Part shown: in pieces, positions 48,923-58,543 of the stretch
Layout of the letters: each line of letters begins with the position of its first letter
Numbering within the stretch: the stretch's first letter is position 1
Assembly: GCA_963749935.1 (NCBI GenBank)
Contig: CAVVOH010000003.1
Span: forward strand, 492,153 to 556,152
Reading direction: 5' to 3'
Length of the DNA: 64,000 nt
From: an uncultured Verrucomicrobiae bacterium
GTDB taxonomy: Bacteria > Verrucomicrobiota > Verrucomicrobiia > Chthoniobacterales > UBA10450
Position numbers and translations under genes: made by a program
The notes under the pieces: generated by a model
Database searches by the model: none
What the model was told of the DNA's origin: nothing
Seen by the model: only the letters and a program-made list of their open reading frames with translations

Positions 48923-49039
48923 ATCGCCTGCCCTGGCGAATAGTTTGCCTTGAACCGGCAAAGCTTGGGCAGCAAATGAAGTTGCTTCGTCGGCGGAGGG
49001 CATCTTATGGTCCCTCGGCAGCGCCCGGCTGCTCCACCG

Positions 49040-49690
49040 ATGACCTTCCCTTTTCGCATTCTTCTCGCCTCGCTTGGCGGGGTCGCACTCACGATGTCGG
49101 CGCAAACCCCCAGCCCCGGTAACACTTCCGCGCAAGCCGCCGACGCAGAGCTCGCCGCTTCGGTAGCTGCTCCCTCCCCCTCCGCGGTTGTCCCGGTCGA
49201 GCCGCCCTCGCTTATTCCCTCCAACATTTTGCCCGCGCCCGGAGCTTTGCCGCAAATCCCGAGCGCACCGGAATTGGAGAAGCTCAACACCCTCTTCAAG
49301 CAGAGCTCGTTAGGCAAAGCAGCCGATGAACATCGCCTCCACGTGCAGATGGCGAACCTCGAGACCCGCATCCGGAACGACCAGGATTTGCACGACCTGA
49401 AGGCGGTCGCGCAAAATGCCCCGACCGACCTGGAACGGCGGCATCGTCTCCGCACCTACTACGAGCGTTATTATGGGAAATTGCGTGCGCTCGCCTCGAC
49501 GCCCGATCTCAAATCATATCTCGACGCCCAGGAGGCCAATCATGAATTGGGCCTCCTCCAGCCGCGCGTCCGCCATGCGACCGATGAAGCGGAAGCGGCG
49601 GCGCTGGTCAAGAAGCGGGGCGACCAGGCGACCGCCACCGCCCTCCCGACTCCGGCTCAGGCGCGCGCGAGCGATGCGCAGCGCGATTGA
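49040..49690 (+). CDS. Hypothetical secreted protein (Ala/Pro-rich N-terminal region, helical C-terminal region)
   Basis: Start chosen at MTFPFRILLASLGGVALTMSAQ (signal peptide) inside ORF 49007-49690. No recognisable family. Confidence 0.5.
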   Translation: MTFPFRILLASLGGVALTMSAQTPSPGNTSAQAADAELAASVAAPSPSAVVPVEPPSLIPSNILPAPGALPQIPSAPELEKLNTLFKQSSLGKAADEHRLHVQMANLETRIRNDQDLHDLKAVAQNAPTDLERRHRLRTYYERYYGKLRALASTPDLKSYLDAQEANHELGLLQPRVRHATDEAEAAALVKKRGDQATATALPTPAQARASDAQRD

Positions 49691-49762
49691 GCCTGCGCGA
49701 TCGTTAGGCTGAGCAGAGGGTTGCCGCAGCCGATGAGTGCGGCTAAAATTGGCCGCTCAACT

Positions 49763-49837
49763 GGCGCGTTCGTCTAGTGGTTAGGACACAGCCCTCTCAA
49801 GGCTGGTGCACGGGTTCGATCCCCGTACGCGCTGCCA
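49763..49837 (+). tRNA. tRNA-Glu (anticodon CTC), CCA encoded
   Basis: ggcgcgttcgtctagtggttaggacacagccctctcaaggctggtgcacgggttcgatccccgtacgcgctgcca. Anticodon stem CAGCC/GGCTG with loop CTCTCAA, T-arm ACGGG-TTCGATC-CCCGT, D-loop GTCTAGTGGTTAGGAC typical of tRNA-Glu. Confidence 0.9.
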
Positions 49838-49845
49838 CCCACCCG

Positions 49846-51147
49846 CTAGGGCGCCACCTCTATTGCGAAAGGCACATAAACCGGCCGGCCGTCGACCTGC
49901 ACCTGGGCGAAAAGGCGGGTAAAGCCCGGTTTGGTTGCGTAAATCTTGAATTCCAACTCCGGCCCGCCCCGCTCGCTCTCGCCTGAAATCGGCGCGCCCG
50001 TCGGGTGCATGTGCAAGACCGTTTCGGCGTCTTCATTGAATCCGACGAGATGCGCGAAGGCGCCCATCACCGGCTCGAGCTGCGCGAATCCGCTGCCGTC
50101 TGGTTTGGTGATCCGCAATATAGCGGAGGTCGGCTCACCGGCCTTCACCTCCGAGCGCGACAGGTTGAGTTCGAAGTGCAGGCCACTGGAATCGCCGGCC
50201 AGGCGCGTTTTTCGGTCCGCGATTGGCTCCGTTGTTCCGCTCCCGGCAATGATCGCCTTTTCGTATTCCTGCAAACCGAAAGGCAGCGGACGCAGATCCG
50301 CCCAGGCGAGATATGAGCCCGGCTTTTGCGGCGTAAAAATAAACGCGTAATCGCCCGGGGTTCCGGTCGGTTGCGGATGCTCATGATGATAATCGGTCAG
50401 GCTGCGATCGACCACCAGCAGATGAATCTTGCGCGTGTGCGTCTCGATCAAATCGGCCAAGGTGACCGGCCCCGTATCGCCTCGGCGCAAATGAAGGATC
50501 GCCTGCGCCGGTTTTCCCGCGGTCAACGGCCCGTCGGTGGTGATCGTCGCCGTCACGGCATGCTGCGCCACGAGGCCGCTCCTGGCATCGTCCGGCAGCA
50601 GCACGACGAGTTGGTCGAGGGGCATGCCGCATTTGCCGCAGGTATCCTTCTTCCTGCCCACCACGTCGGCGTGCATCGGGCAGGTGTAGCGGGCGGCATA
50701 TTGTTGCGCCGCCTGCAGCAGAGCGGGATCCGAATTGTTCAGAAGCTGTTGGAATTCCTCTTCCAGCCGCTTCGTCAACTCGAGGCAGGCCTCCTCCTCC
50801 CCGGCATCCGCCGCGGTGTGCAGAGTGGAGATCTCCCTAACGAAAACGGTCCAGGCGATTTTCATCGCGGCTCCGTTGGGCGGCGCGGCCTTGGTCAGCT
50901 CCCCCAGCAGGGTGGAAACGGCCGCACCGGCCACCGGGTCCTCATTATGCACGAGAGTGAAATCGCGCCGGGCCGCGCTCGCCCGCAGCCGCTCCATCAT
51001 CTGGAAGAGCGTGGCCCAGGCTTCGACGGTAGGCGAAGGGGCCGGAGTCGCCGCCGGCTGCAACTCCCGGGCGCCAAGCGGAACCGGCCCGTGCAGGAGT
51101 AACACGGCCAGGCAAAAAACCGTGGCGCCCTTCAACCCTCGCCTCAT
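49846..51147 (-). CDS. Secreted heavy-metal-binding-domain protein with two YtkA/FixH-like beta-sandwich regions
   Basis: Signal peptide. YTCPMHADVVGRKKDTCGKCGMPLD (CPMH...CxxCGM metal-binding domain signature). His-rich segments DYHHEHPQ and VLHMHPTG. Confidence 0.65.
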   Translation of the reverse strand: MRRGLKGATVFCLAVLLLHGPVPLGARELQPAATPAPSPTVEAWATLFQMMERLRASAARRDFTLVHNEDPVAGAAVSTLLGELTKAAPPNGAAMKIAWTVFVREISTLHTAADAGEEEACLELTKRLEEEFQQLLNNSDPALLQAAQQYAARYTCPMHADVVGRKKDTCGKCGMPLDQLVVLLPDDARSGLVAQHAVTATITTDGPLTAGKPAQAILHLRRGDTGPVTLADLIETHTRKIHLLVVDRSLTDYHHEHPQPTGTPGDYAFIFTPQKPGSYLAWADLRPLPFGLQEYEKAIIAGSGTTEPIADRKTRLAGDSSGLHFELNLSRSEVKAGEPTSAILRITKPDGSGFAQLEPVMGAFAHLVGFNEDAETVLHMHPTGAPISGESERGGPELEFKIYATKPGFTRLFAQVQVDGRPVYVPFAIEVAP

Positions 51148-52255
51148 TATTCAGACTTCGGTCTTGCCCCTTCGAGTCCGCGCCCGGTGGTGAGATAGAC
51201 CGCGTAACTTCCCAGCCAGTGCCCACCTTCGTAGTGCGCTCCCGTTACCGCGGCCAGGCCAGCCCGGCGATGCGCCGCGGCGGCGGCGGTCAGGGCCGGC
51301 CGATGCGGATCGTCGTTAGGCAGACCCGCCAGAATGCCCTCCAGCATCCAGGCCCGGCTCAGGTTCAACCCATCCAGGTGCGCGAGCTTCGGGTCGCTTG
51401 GGTCGGGCGAAACCGCCACCGGCAGCCAGGCGGGGTCGTCCGTCGTAGGGATCTGGGGCAGAAGGCCGCCAGCCATTTTGCAAATTCGTCAGGCGAGAGG
51501 ATGCGCCGCATCACGTCCGCTTCGCCGAGGCAGGGAGAAAGGAAGTCTTCGCCCGATGGCTCATAAGTCGAGCGGACACTCCTTGTCCTTCAGGTAGAAC
51601 TTCCGGGCCGCGTCCGTGGCCAGTTTCACGAAAGCCTCGTCCCGCTTCCCCGGGCGTAATCAAGCATCAGGCCGAGGGCAAAAGCAGTCTGGTCGTGCTC
51701 GCCGATGCGGACGGGATGCGAGAGCTTCGGCAGCCAGCTCGACAGATGTTCGACCGCCAGCTTCTCCAGCGGCCGAAGGTTTGCGGCCAGCTCGCGGGCC
51801 AGCGGATCGTCCCATTCCCGGAGTTCAGCCGCCAGTTGCAGGAGCCAGACGAGGCCGTAGGGGCGTTCGAAACTGGCCCGCCCTTTCCCATTCAGGTAAG
51901 CGACCTCCGCCTTGAGGTTGGCGCTCGTTAGGCTCTGCGAGAGCGCGGCGTGCGCCTCCCTGGCAAAGGAGGCTTCGGGAAAGGTGCGGGCCAGGCGGGC
52001 CAGCAACCAGTGCCCATGAACCGAGGAGTGCCAGTCGTAGCAGCCGCAAAAGGCCGGCGTCAGTGTGTGCGGCGGCGCGACATCTTCATCGCTGTTGAGG
52101 ACGTGGCTGATCTTGTTCGGATATTCCTTATGCACACAGGCGAGCGCGAGACGGGCGAAGCGCTCCGCGGCCTGGGCATCGAATTGCTTCGCAGGGACCG
52201 GGTCAGCCATCGCAAACGATGGAAGGAAAAGGAGCGCCGCGAACAAGAACTTCAT
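51147..52255 (-). pseudogene. DUF2891-like secreted protein; about 2 frame breaks between 51476 and 51626
   Basis: MKFLFAALLFLPSFAMA...ACVHKEYPNKISHVL...FCGCYDWHSSVHGHWLLARL...ERPYGLVWLLQLAAEL (ORF 51626-52333) and ...LDGLNLSRAWMLEGI...GAHYEGGHWLGSYAVY (ORF 51147-51476). Family name is from memory. The stop overlaps the start of the downstream gene (TAATG). Confidence 0.5.
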
Positions 52256-52275
52256 GAGGCATTCTAGCATCGCTC

Positions 52276-53078
52276 TTGCGGATTCCGCGCGGATCGAGAC
52301 AATGGGCCGACAAATGCCGGAAACCGCTCCCAAGACCTTACCTCATCCTTTGTCTCGCGCTCTGCTTTTCCTCTGCCTGCCATAATCCCGTGGCCCGCCG
52401 ACTCTCGGCCCGCATTCTGGCGGTCGAGGGGGAAGCGCAGCGGCTCACGCCCGGCGGCCCGGCCCCCCTTCTTCCCGGATCCTGGGTTGAGCCGAAGGAG
52501 AAAATCTCGGTCGCTCCTGGTGGCCGGGTCGATCTCATGATTCTGCCGGGTATCTGGGCCGAGTTGGAAGGCGGAAGCGAGCTGGAACTGGAGACGCTTC
52601 TGTTGGAGCGGAACGGCGATGACTGGATTCACCCGATGCGCGGACGGCAGGCGACGGTGCGCCTGCTCCAGGGCTCGATCTGCATTGCGCTGCAACAGAG
52701 CCAGACGCGGTCTCGGCTCACCGTCCACACCTTCGCCGGCACTGTTTTCGCGGGGGCGGGCAGGACGGGAAGAATTCGTGCGCATGGCAATTGGGCGTCG
52801 ATTCTCTCCGTGCACAGTGAGTTCGCTTTCCAAGCCAACGGCCAAACACAACGCCTGCAGATTCCGGCCGGTCACTTCGCGCAGTGGCCGGGCCTGCCAA
52901 AAGAGCCGGTCCCCGTTGCGCGGGCCGGCGCGACCCGCAGGCCGAGGTGCGGGAAGTGCTGAAAGTGAGGAAACGTTTGTTTGCCCTCGCAGACGAGGCG
53001 GTGGCGCGCTTTCCGCTGGCTGCAACGGAATCCTTCGCCCGGCCTCAAGATTTTGAGGCAACAGATGGGCAAAATTAA
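52276..53078 (+). pseudogene. FecR-domain-like lipoprotein; probable frame break near 52900
   Basis: Lipobox LALCFSSAC. SWVEPKEKISVAPGGRVDLMILPGIWAELEGGSELELETL...LLQGSICIAL...LTVHTFAGTV resembles the FecR beta-sandwich. The tail continues in ORF 52884-53078. Confidence 0.4.
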
Positions 53079-53144
53079 ATTGAAAAAATTCTTGTCAGGC
53101 AAAGGTGGTTTCCTACAATCGCCCGCAACTTCAATTATTATCCC

Positions 53145-53429
53145 ATGAAAAATCAATCACCCCGGACCTGGCTTTACGGCTTGGCCGTAGCGCTGACGGC
53201 CAGTTTCTTCATCGGTATTACCGGCTTGTCGTCGGCGGCACCCGCAGACCCGAGCGAGAGGGTCTGTCCCTCAGGTCACCATCGTAAATGTAAAGTGTGC
53301 CATCGGACACCGCATTGCCCCCAGGGCAGAACTCTCACTTTGCGTTGTAGGGCGGCGCAGAAACATCTCCATAAGCACCCTCACGACACCCGCGGTCGCT
53401 GCCCGCACGACCCTTACGACGACGATTAG
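53145..53429 (+). CDS. Small secreted Cys/His-rich protein (94 aa); function unknown
   Basis: Signal peptide MKNQSPRTWLYGLAVALTASFFIGITGLSSAAP. The mature ~60 aa carry 6 Cys and 9 His (CPSGHHRKCKVCHRTPHCPQG...CRAAQKHLHKHPHDTRGRCPHD). Lies immediately upstream of the export cluster. Confidence 0.4.
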   Translation: MKNQSPRTWLYGLAVALTASFFIGITGLSSAAPADPSERVCPSGHHRKCKVCHRTPHCPQGRTLTLRCRAAQKHLHKHPHDTRGRCPHDPYDDD

Positions 53430-53444
53430 TCTTGGGCCCAGCCG

Positions 53445-55058
53445 ATGAAGCCGGCATGGGCTGCCTACTGTTGCCTTGAGGCCTTGGTTATTCGGAAGAC
53501 TGTAGCTTGCTGGTGCAGAGTTCTACTCTTTTGCCTGCCGTTCGTTTTCGCATTGCTCCCCGCGCCGCCCCTTCTCGCCGAGTCTTCCACTGCCGAGATG
53601 GAAGCTTTCCTCGTTGCCGCGCTGCTCGAGGAACAGGCAGCACCACACGAACCGGTCGGCGGCGATGATACGCAACCCGCCGCGACCACCCCGGCGCAGC
53701 CGGAGCCTGCGGCCACACAACCGCCTCCAGAAACCAAGGATTCAACTCCGACGGGCGTGACAGAAGAGATTGCGCCCTCACCTCCCGCCTCTCCTGCGGC
53801 CACGCCAGACTCTGACGATCCCCCCGCCCCCGACGAGGCTGCCGCTGCCGTGGGCGAAGAAGACCGGCTCATCGAGCAGGCAGCCCAGGCGCTGCCGCCC
53901 CCCGACCTGCCTCAGCCTGGCTTGGAAGGGATCGCTACCGAGGAGCAATCGGCGGTGCCGCGCCGCATTCGTTATCGGGTCGGTCTGGCGGTCCGGACCG
54001 TGTACGACGACAACATCAATCTCACCCAGATCGATCGAGAAGGTGACTTCTACACCTCGATCGAACCGACGATCGAAATTGGATACGGCCAGGCGGACGG
54101 AAATTTCGTTCAGCTGGTCTACCAGCCTAACGCCTTTATCTTCTTCGATCACTCCGAGAACAATGCTGTTCAGCACATCATTGCCCTCACGGGCCAATAT
54201 CGTTTTCCGCTTCTTTCCCTCAGCCTCTCCCAGGACGTCCAGCTTCTCGACGGCACCGGGCTAGATACCGCCACCGGGACAGGCACAGATTTTACTCGCA
54301 CCAATCTCGATGTCTCCAATCGCACCAAGGTGGACATCTATACCACTCGCATCAACTCCAACTACTCGCTCACCGGGAAGACCTTTCTTACCGCAAGCCT
54401 CTACTACAGTCTGAGCGACTACGAGAGCCTGCTCAGTTCCTCGGTCATCTCGGGAAATTTCTATCTCAACTACAACTACAGCCCCAAGCTTGCGGTAGGC
54501 CTCGGCGCCTCCGGCGGCTACAATTTCGTCGAGTCTCCCAGCCAGGACGAAACCTTCGAGCAGATCAACGCCCGCGCTTCCTATGAGTTGACCGGTAAAG
54601 TCAGTGCCAGCCTCAGCGCCGGCGTCGAGTTTCGCCAGGTTGAAGGCGGTGGCCAGGATAACGGCTCGCCGGTCTTTGACGGCAGTCTTTTCTATCAGCC
54701 ATTCGACGGTACCAGTCTCTCGCTGAGTTTTTCCCGGCGCACCCAGAACTCGGCCGTTCTCGCCGGCCAGGATTTTCATTCCACCCAGGTCACTCTTTCG
54801 GCCCGTCAGCGGTTCCTGCAGCGTATCTACCTTGGCCTCTCTGTCGGCTACGAGAACTCCGGTTATTTCAGCACATCCACCGGAATTTCCTCGACCCGGA
54901 CCGACGATTATTATTTCATCCAAGCGTCGCTCGATTTCAATCTCACCAGTTTCTGGTCGGCTGGCGTATTTTACCTGTATCGGGAAGACGATAGCTCCCT
55001 CTCTCTTTTCAGCTTCTATGACAACCAATTCGGACTTCGTTCCTCTCTCGCTTTTTAG
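53445..55058 (+). CDS. Outer-membrane beta-barrel protein of the polysaccharide export cluster
   Basis: 537-aa ORF. Pro/Ala/Glu-rich N-terminal linker, then alternating hydrophobic beta-strand pattern with many Y/S/N/G turns. C-terminal FGLRSSLAF ends in Phe, as in typical OMPs. Confidence 0.55.
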   Translation: MKPAWAAYCCLEALVIRKTVACWCRVLLFCLPFVFALLPAPPLLAESSTAEMEAFLVAALLEEQAAPHEPVGGDDTQPAATTPAQPEPAATQPPPETKDSTPTGVTEEIAPSPPASPAATPDSDDPPAPDEAAAAVGEEDRLIEQAAQALPPPDLPQPGLEGIATEEQSAVPRRIRYRVGLAVRTVYDDNINLTQIDREGDFYTSIEPTIEIGYGQADGNFVQLVYQPNAFIFFDHSENNAVQHIIALTGQYRFPLLSLSLSQDVQLLDGTGLDTATGTGTDFTRTNLDVSNRTKVDIYTTRINSNYSLTGKTFLTASLYYSLSDYESLLSSSVISGNFYLNYNYSPKLAVGLGASGGYNFVESPSQDETFEQINARASYELTGKVSASLSAGVEFRQVEGGGQDNGSPVFDGSLFYQPFDGTSLSLSFSRRTQNSAVLAGQDFHSTQVTLSARQRFLQRIYLGLSVGYENSGYFSTSTGISSTRTDDYYFIQASLDFNLTSFWSAGVFYLYREDDSSLSLFSFYDNQFGLRSSLAF

Positions 55059-55761
55059 GAAAGCGCCCGCTGGCTGGGCGGGACTGCGCCGCCTTCATCT
55101 CATCTTCGGGCTGTTGCTCGTTCCCACGCTCGCCTGGGGCCAGTCGAACGTGTTTGATGCCCCGCGCCCGCCGGCTGTTTCTGCGTCCTCCGCTGCTGCC
55201 GCCGGCGCACCGGCTCAAAATGCGGTCAGTTCCGGCGACGCGATCAGCGCCCCGAGCGGCTATCAGCTCAGCGCGAACGACCAGGTCGCAGTCGAAGTCT
55301 TCGGCGAAGACGATCTTCGCACCAACGGCCGCCTGAATCCCGAGGGGAACCTGAGCCTTCCACTGCTAGGCCCCGTGCGTCTCGGGGGTCTCACTCTCAC
55401 CCAGGCCGCGGCCCGGTTAACCGAGCTTTTCGGCCGCGATTACCTCGTCAATCCCAAGGTCAACGTTTCGCTGGTCGGTTATGCGCGGCGCCGCTTCACC
55501 ATCCTCGGCCAGGTAAATCGGCCCGGAAGTTACGAGTTACCGGAGGGCAACCCTGGCGGCATCGATCTGCTTGAAGCCGTCGCGATGGCTGGCGGCTACA
55601 CCCGGATCGCGGCGCCGGAGCGGATCAGCGTGCGACGCCAGAGCGAACGCGGCGGAGACCAAGTCTTGAAAGTAAATGCAAAGCGCGTCGCCAAGGGCGA
55701 AGGCGCCAGTTTCGTCGTCCTCCCGGGCGATACAGTGACGGTCGGCGAAAGCATCTTCTAG
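55018..55761 (+). CDS. wza: Polysaccharide export protein, Wza-like (Poly_export plus SLBB domains); start approximate
   Basis: GYQLSANDQVAVEVFGEDDLRTNGRLNPEGNLSLPLLGPVRLGGLTLTQAAARL...YLVNPKVNVSL...FTILGQVNRPGSYELP...IDLLEAVAMAGG...LPGDTVTVGESIF. Confidence 0.8.
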   Translation: MTTNSDFVPLSLFRKAPAGWAGLRRLHLIFGLLLVPTLAWGQSNVFDAPRPPAVSASSAAAAGAPAQNAVSSGDAISAPSGYQLSANDQVAVEVFGEDDLRTNGRLNPEGNLSLPLLGPVRLGGLTLTQAAARLTELFGRDYLVNPKVNVSLVGYARRRFTILGQVNRPGSYELPEGNPGGIDLLEAVAMAGGYTRIAAPERISVRRQSERGGDQVLKVNAKRVAKGEGASFVVLPGDTVTVGESIF

Positions 55762-55855
55762 AATGATCCCCACTCAACCGTCCTCCTTCAGCCTTGACTC
55801 TATCAGCCTCCTGTCTTTCTCCTTTAGCCTTCCGACTTTCTACTTTCTTTAATCC

Positions 55856-58298
55856 ATGACCATCCCTCCTGATTCCAACCTGCCGGCCTCTTCCGCCCCT
55901 GACTTCGCTCGGTGAAGGGAAACACGGATTCGACTTCCGCCATTTCTGGCATTCCATCCTCGAACGCCTCTGGGTCTTGGTCCTCTGCGTGGTGGCGGGC
56001 CTTTTCTTGGCTCTCGGTTATTTGGCGAAGACGCCGAAGGTCTACCAAAGCCACGCCGTGCTGGAAGTCGATTTCCAAGAACCCACCATGATGGATGGCG
56101 ATCAAAGTTCGTCCCGCATGCGCTCGATGTTCCTGGCCAGCCAGGAAGCGCTCCGCACCATCGAGCAGAATCTGACCAATCGGAATCTGATGGCCCGCGT
56201 CATCCGGGCTGAAGGCCTGGCCGACGACGGCGGCCGCGGCCTGCTTGGCTCCAGCGTAACGGACGAACAAAACCCCAGCCCCACGCCGGCCCCGGCCAAT
56301 TCGAAAACATCGTCCGCGCCTAACGAAGATAGCTTTCTGCGCGACCGTGCCTTTACCCCGCTCGAAGACGGGCTCGGCGGTGCACTCTCCACTATGGTCA
56401 AGCCGGTCATCCGGCGCGGCACCCGTTTGATCGATCTTTACGTGAGCAATCGCGATCCCGCCCTGGCCCAGCGTCTAGCCGAGAGCGTCGGCCGCGAATA
56501 TATCCGCATGTCGATCGAGCGCCGCTCGAACTTCAGCCAGGAAAGTCTCCGCTACCTGATCGAGGAAGAGGAACGACTCAAAGCCAACTTGCGCAAGAGC
56601 GAGGCGGCGGTGGCCGAATACAAATCCAACACACCCGACGCGCTCCAGCTCGGCGGCGGCGCGGCCTCCACCGGTGGGCAATCCAGCGCGGCGCGGCGGT
56701 GGACGCGGCGGTTTGGTCGAGGACAAACTGCAGGAGCTGTCGAGCAAGGTCACTTCCGCCAAAGCCGATCGGGTCCGGCTGGAGAGTGAGTTGAAACAGA
56801 TCGAGCAGGTCGGAGATAAAGTGGAAGCGCTGCTCGCCATCCCCAGCATCGCCACCGCGCCCGTCGTGGTCGATCGGCGCAAAGATGTCGCCCAACTTGA
56901 ATCCTCCGTCGCCAGCCTGGCCCAGCGCTACAAATCCAGGCATCCCAAAATGATGGCCGCCCGCGCCGCTCTCGAAGAAGCGCAAGAAGCGCTCAAGCGC
57001 GCCGTACTCGCTCAGCCCGCTGTCCTGCGGAACGTCCTCGCGCAAGCCCGCGCCGCCGAGAGCAGTCTCGGCTCCGCTGCCACCGAACAGGAGAAGGCGG
57101 CTCTCGCCCTCAACAAAGCCGCCATCGGTTACCAGGAGCTGGCCCGCCAGGCTGAAACCGATCGCGCCCTTTACGAAAGCGTTCTGCGCCAGATCAAAGA
57201 AACCAATTTAACCAAGGATGTGAAGACCAACGCCGTCAGCATCGCCGAGCATGCCACCATGCCTTATGCGCCGGCCAGTCCGAATTCGGGCAAAGCCATC
57301 CTTCTCGGTCTGCTCGGCGGTCTGGCCGCCGGCCTGGGCTTTATCTATGCCACCGATGTGATCGATCGTTCGCTCAAGACCGTCGACCAGGCCGAAGCAC
57401 TCCTCGGCCTGCCCGTCCTCGCCGCCGTCCCGGAAAGAACCGGCAAATCGAAGCAGGGCGAAGACGCGCGACGACCCCTCCGGGGTCGCCCCCTACCGGC
57501 TCGTGGCCAAAGTCCCGGAAGGCCCGGTCGCGGAAGCTTTCCGCAACCTGCGCGCTTCGCTTTCCCTGCTCGGACCCGAAATCGAGAGAAAGGTTTTCCT
57601 CTTCACCAGCGCCTTGCCGTCCGAAGGCAAAAGCTTCACCAGCGCCAACTACGCCCTGGCCCTCGCGCAGCAGGGGCATCGCGTGCTGCTGATCGACGGC
57701 GACTTGCGCCGGCCGAGCCTGCACAAGATCTTCTCCGATTCGAGCCCGGGCGCGACCCAACGCCAAATCGCTCGTCGGCGTGGTGGATTATCTGGTCGGT
57801 GAAGCAGGGCTCGAAGAATCCGTCATGCGCATCGCGGCCAGCGATGTCGACGTCACTCGCACCCGCACCGACAGCGGCAAGAAGTTTGTCACTGCCACCG
57901 GCGGCCAGCTCTCCATCCTGCCGGGCGGTCGCCGCGCGCCGAACCCGGCCGAACTCTTGAGCGGCCCCTCCTACGGGGAAATGATCGCCGAAGCAGCCCG
58001 CCTCTTCGACCGCGTCGTCATCGATAGCGCCCCGCTCCTCGCCGTGAGCGACACCCTCCTCATGATCCCCTACGTCCAGACCGTCACCCTGGTCGTGCGC
58101 GCGGCCAAGACCCCGCGCAACGCCGTTCTGCGCGCCATCTCCCTTCTCGCCACCGCCTCCACTCGCCCGGCCGGAATGATCCTCAACCGTCTCCCCCACC
58201 GTCGCGGCGCCGGCTATTACTACTACTACGCCTCCCACGGCTATGGCGCCGGGGAAGGGAGCTATGAAGCGGAGGCAGAGAGTGAGGTGAAAAGCTGA
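55856..58298 (+). pseudogene. wzc: Polysaccharide co-polymerase / BY-kinase (Wzc/GumC-like chain-length determinant with C-terminal tyrosine autokinase); at least 4 frame breaks (~55910, ~56690, ~57480, ~57770)
   Basis: Wzz-like N-terminus FWHSILERLWVLVLCVVAGLFLALGYLAKTPKVYQSHAVLEV. Coiled periplasmic region. Second TM KAILLGLLGGLAAGLGFIY. Kinase: Walker A FTSALPSEGKSF, A' LLIDGDLRRPSL, B VVIDSAPLL. Tyr cluster RGAGYYYYYASHGYG. Confidence 0.8.
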
Positions 58299-58543
58299 AA
58301 TGCTGAATGGAGCTAACCGGGAGATAGACGAAGCCCCGCAGGGGTGAGCGGGCCAGTATCAAAAAACTGAATCCGCCGCGCGAGCTGTAAGAGCAGAGCT
58401 GCTGCGGCGCGCGCCTATCGCCCGCAAGCGATCTGCGGGGGCCTGAAGCCTTCGAGACGGGGAGTGCGGCGTGCTTCAGCGAAGACTACCCAACGGGCAA
58501 AGCGGCTTGCCGCGGGCGACACGCCCGCCGCTACATCGCCTTT

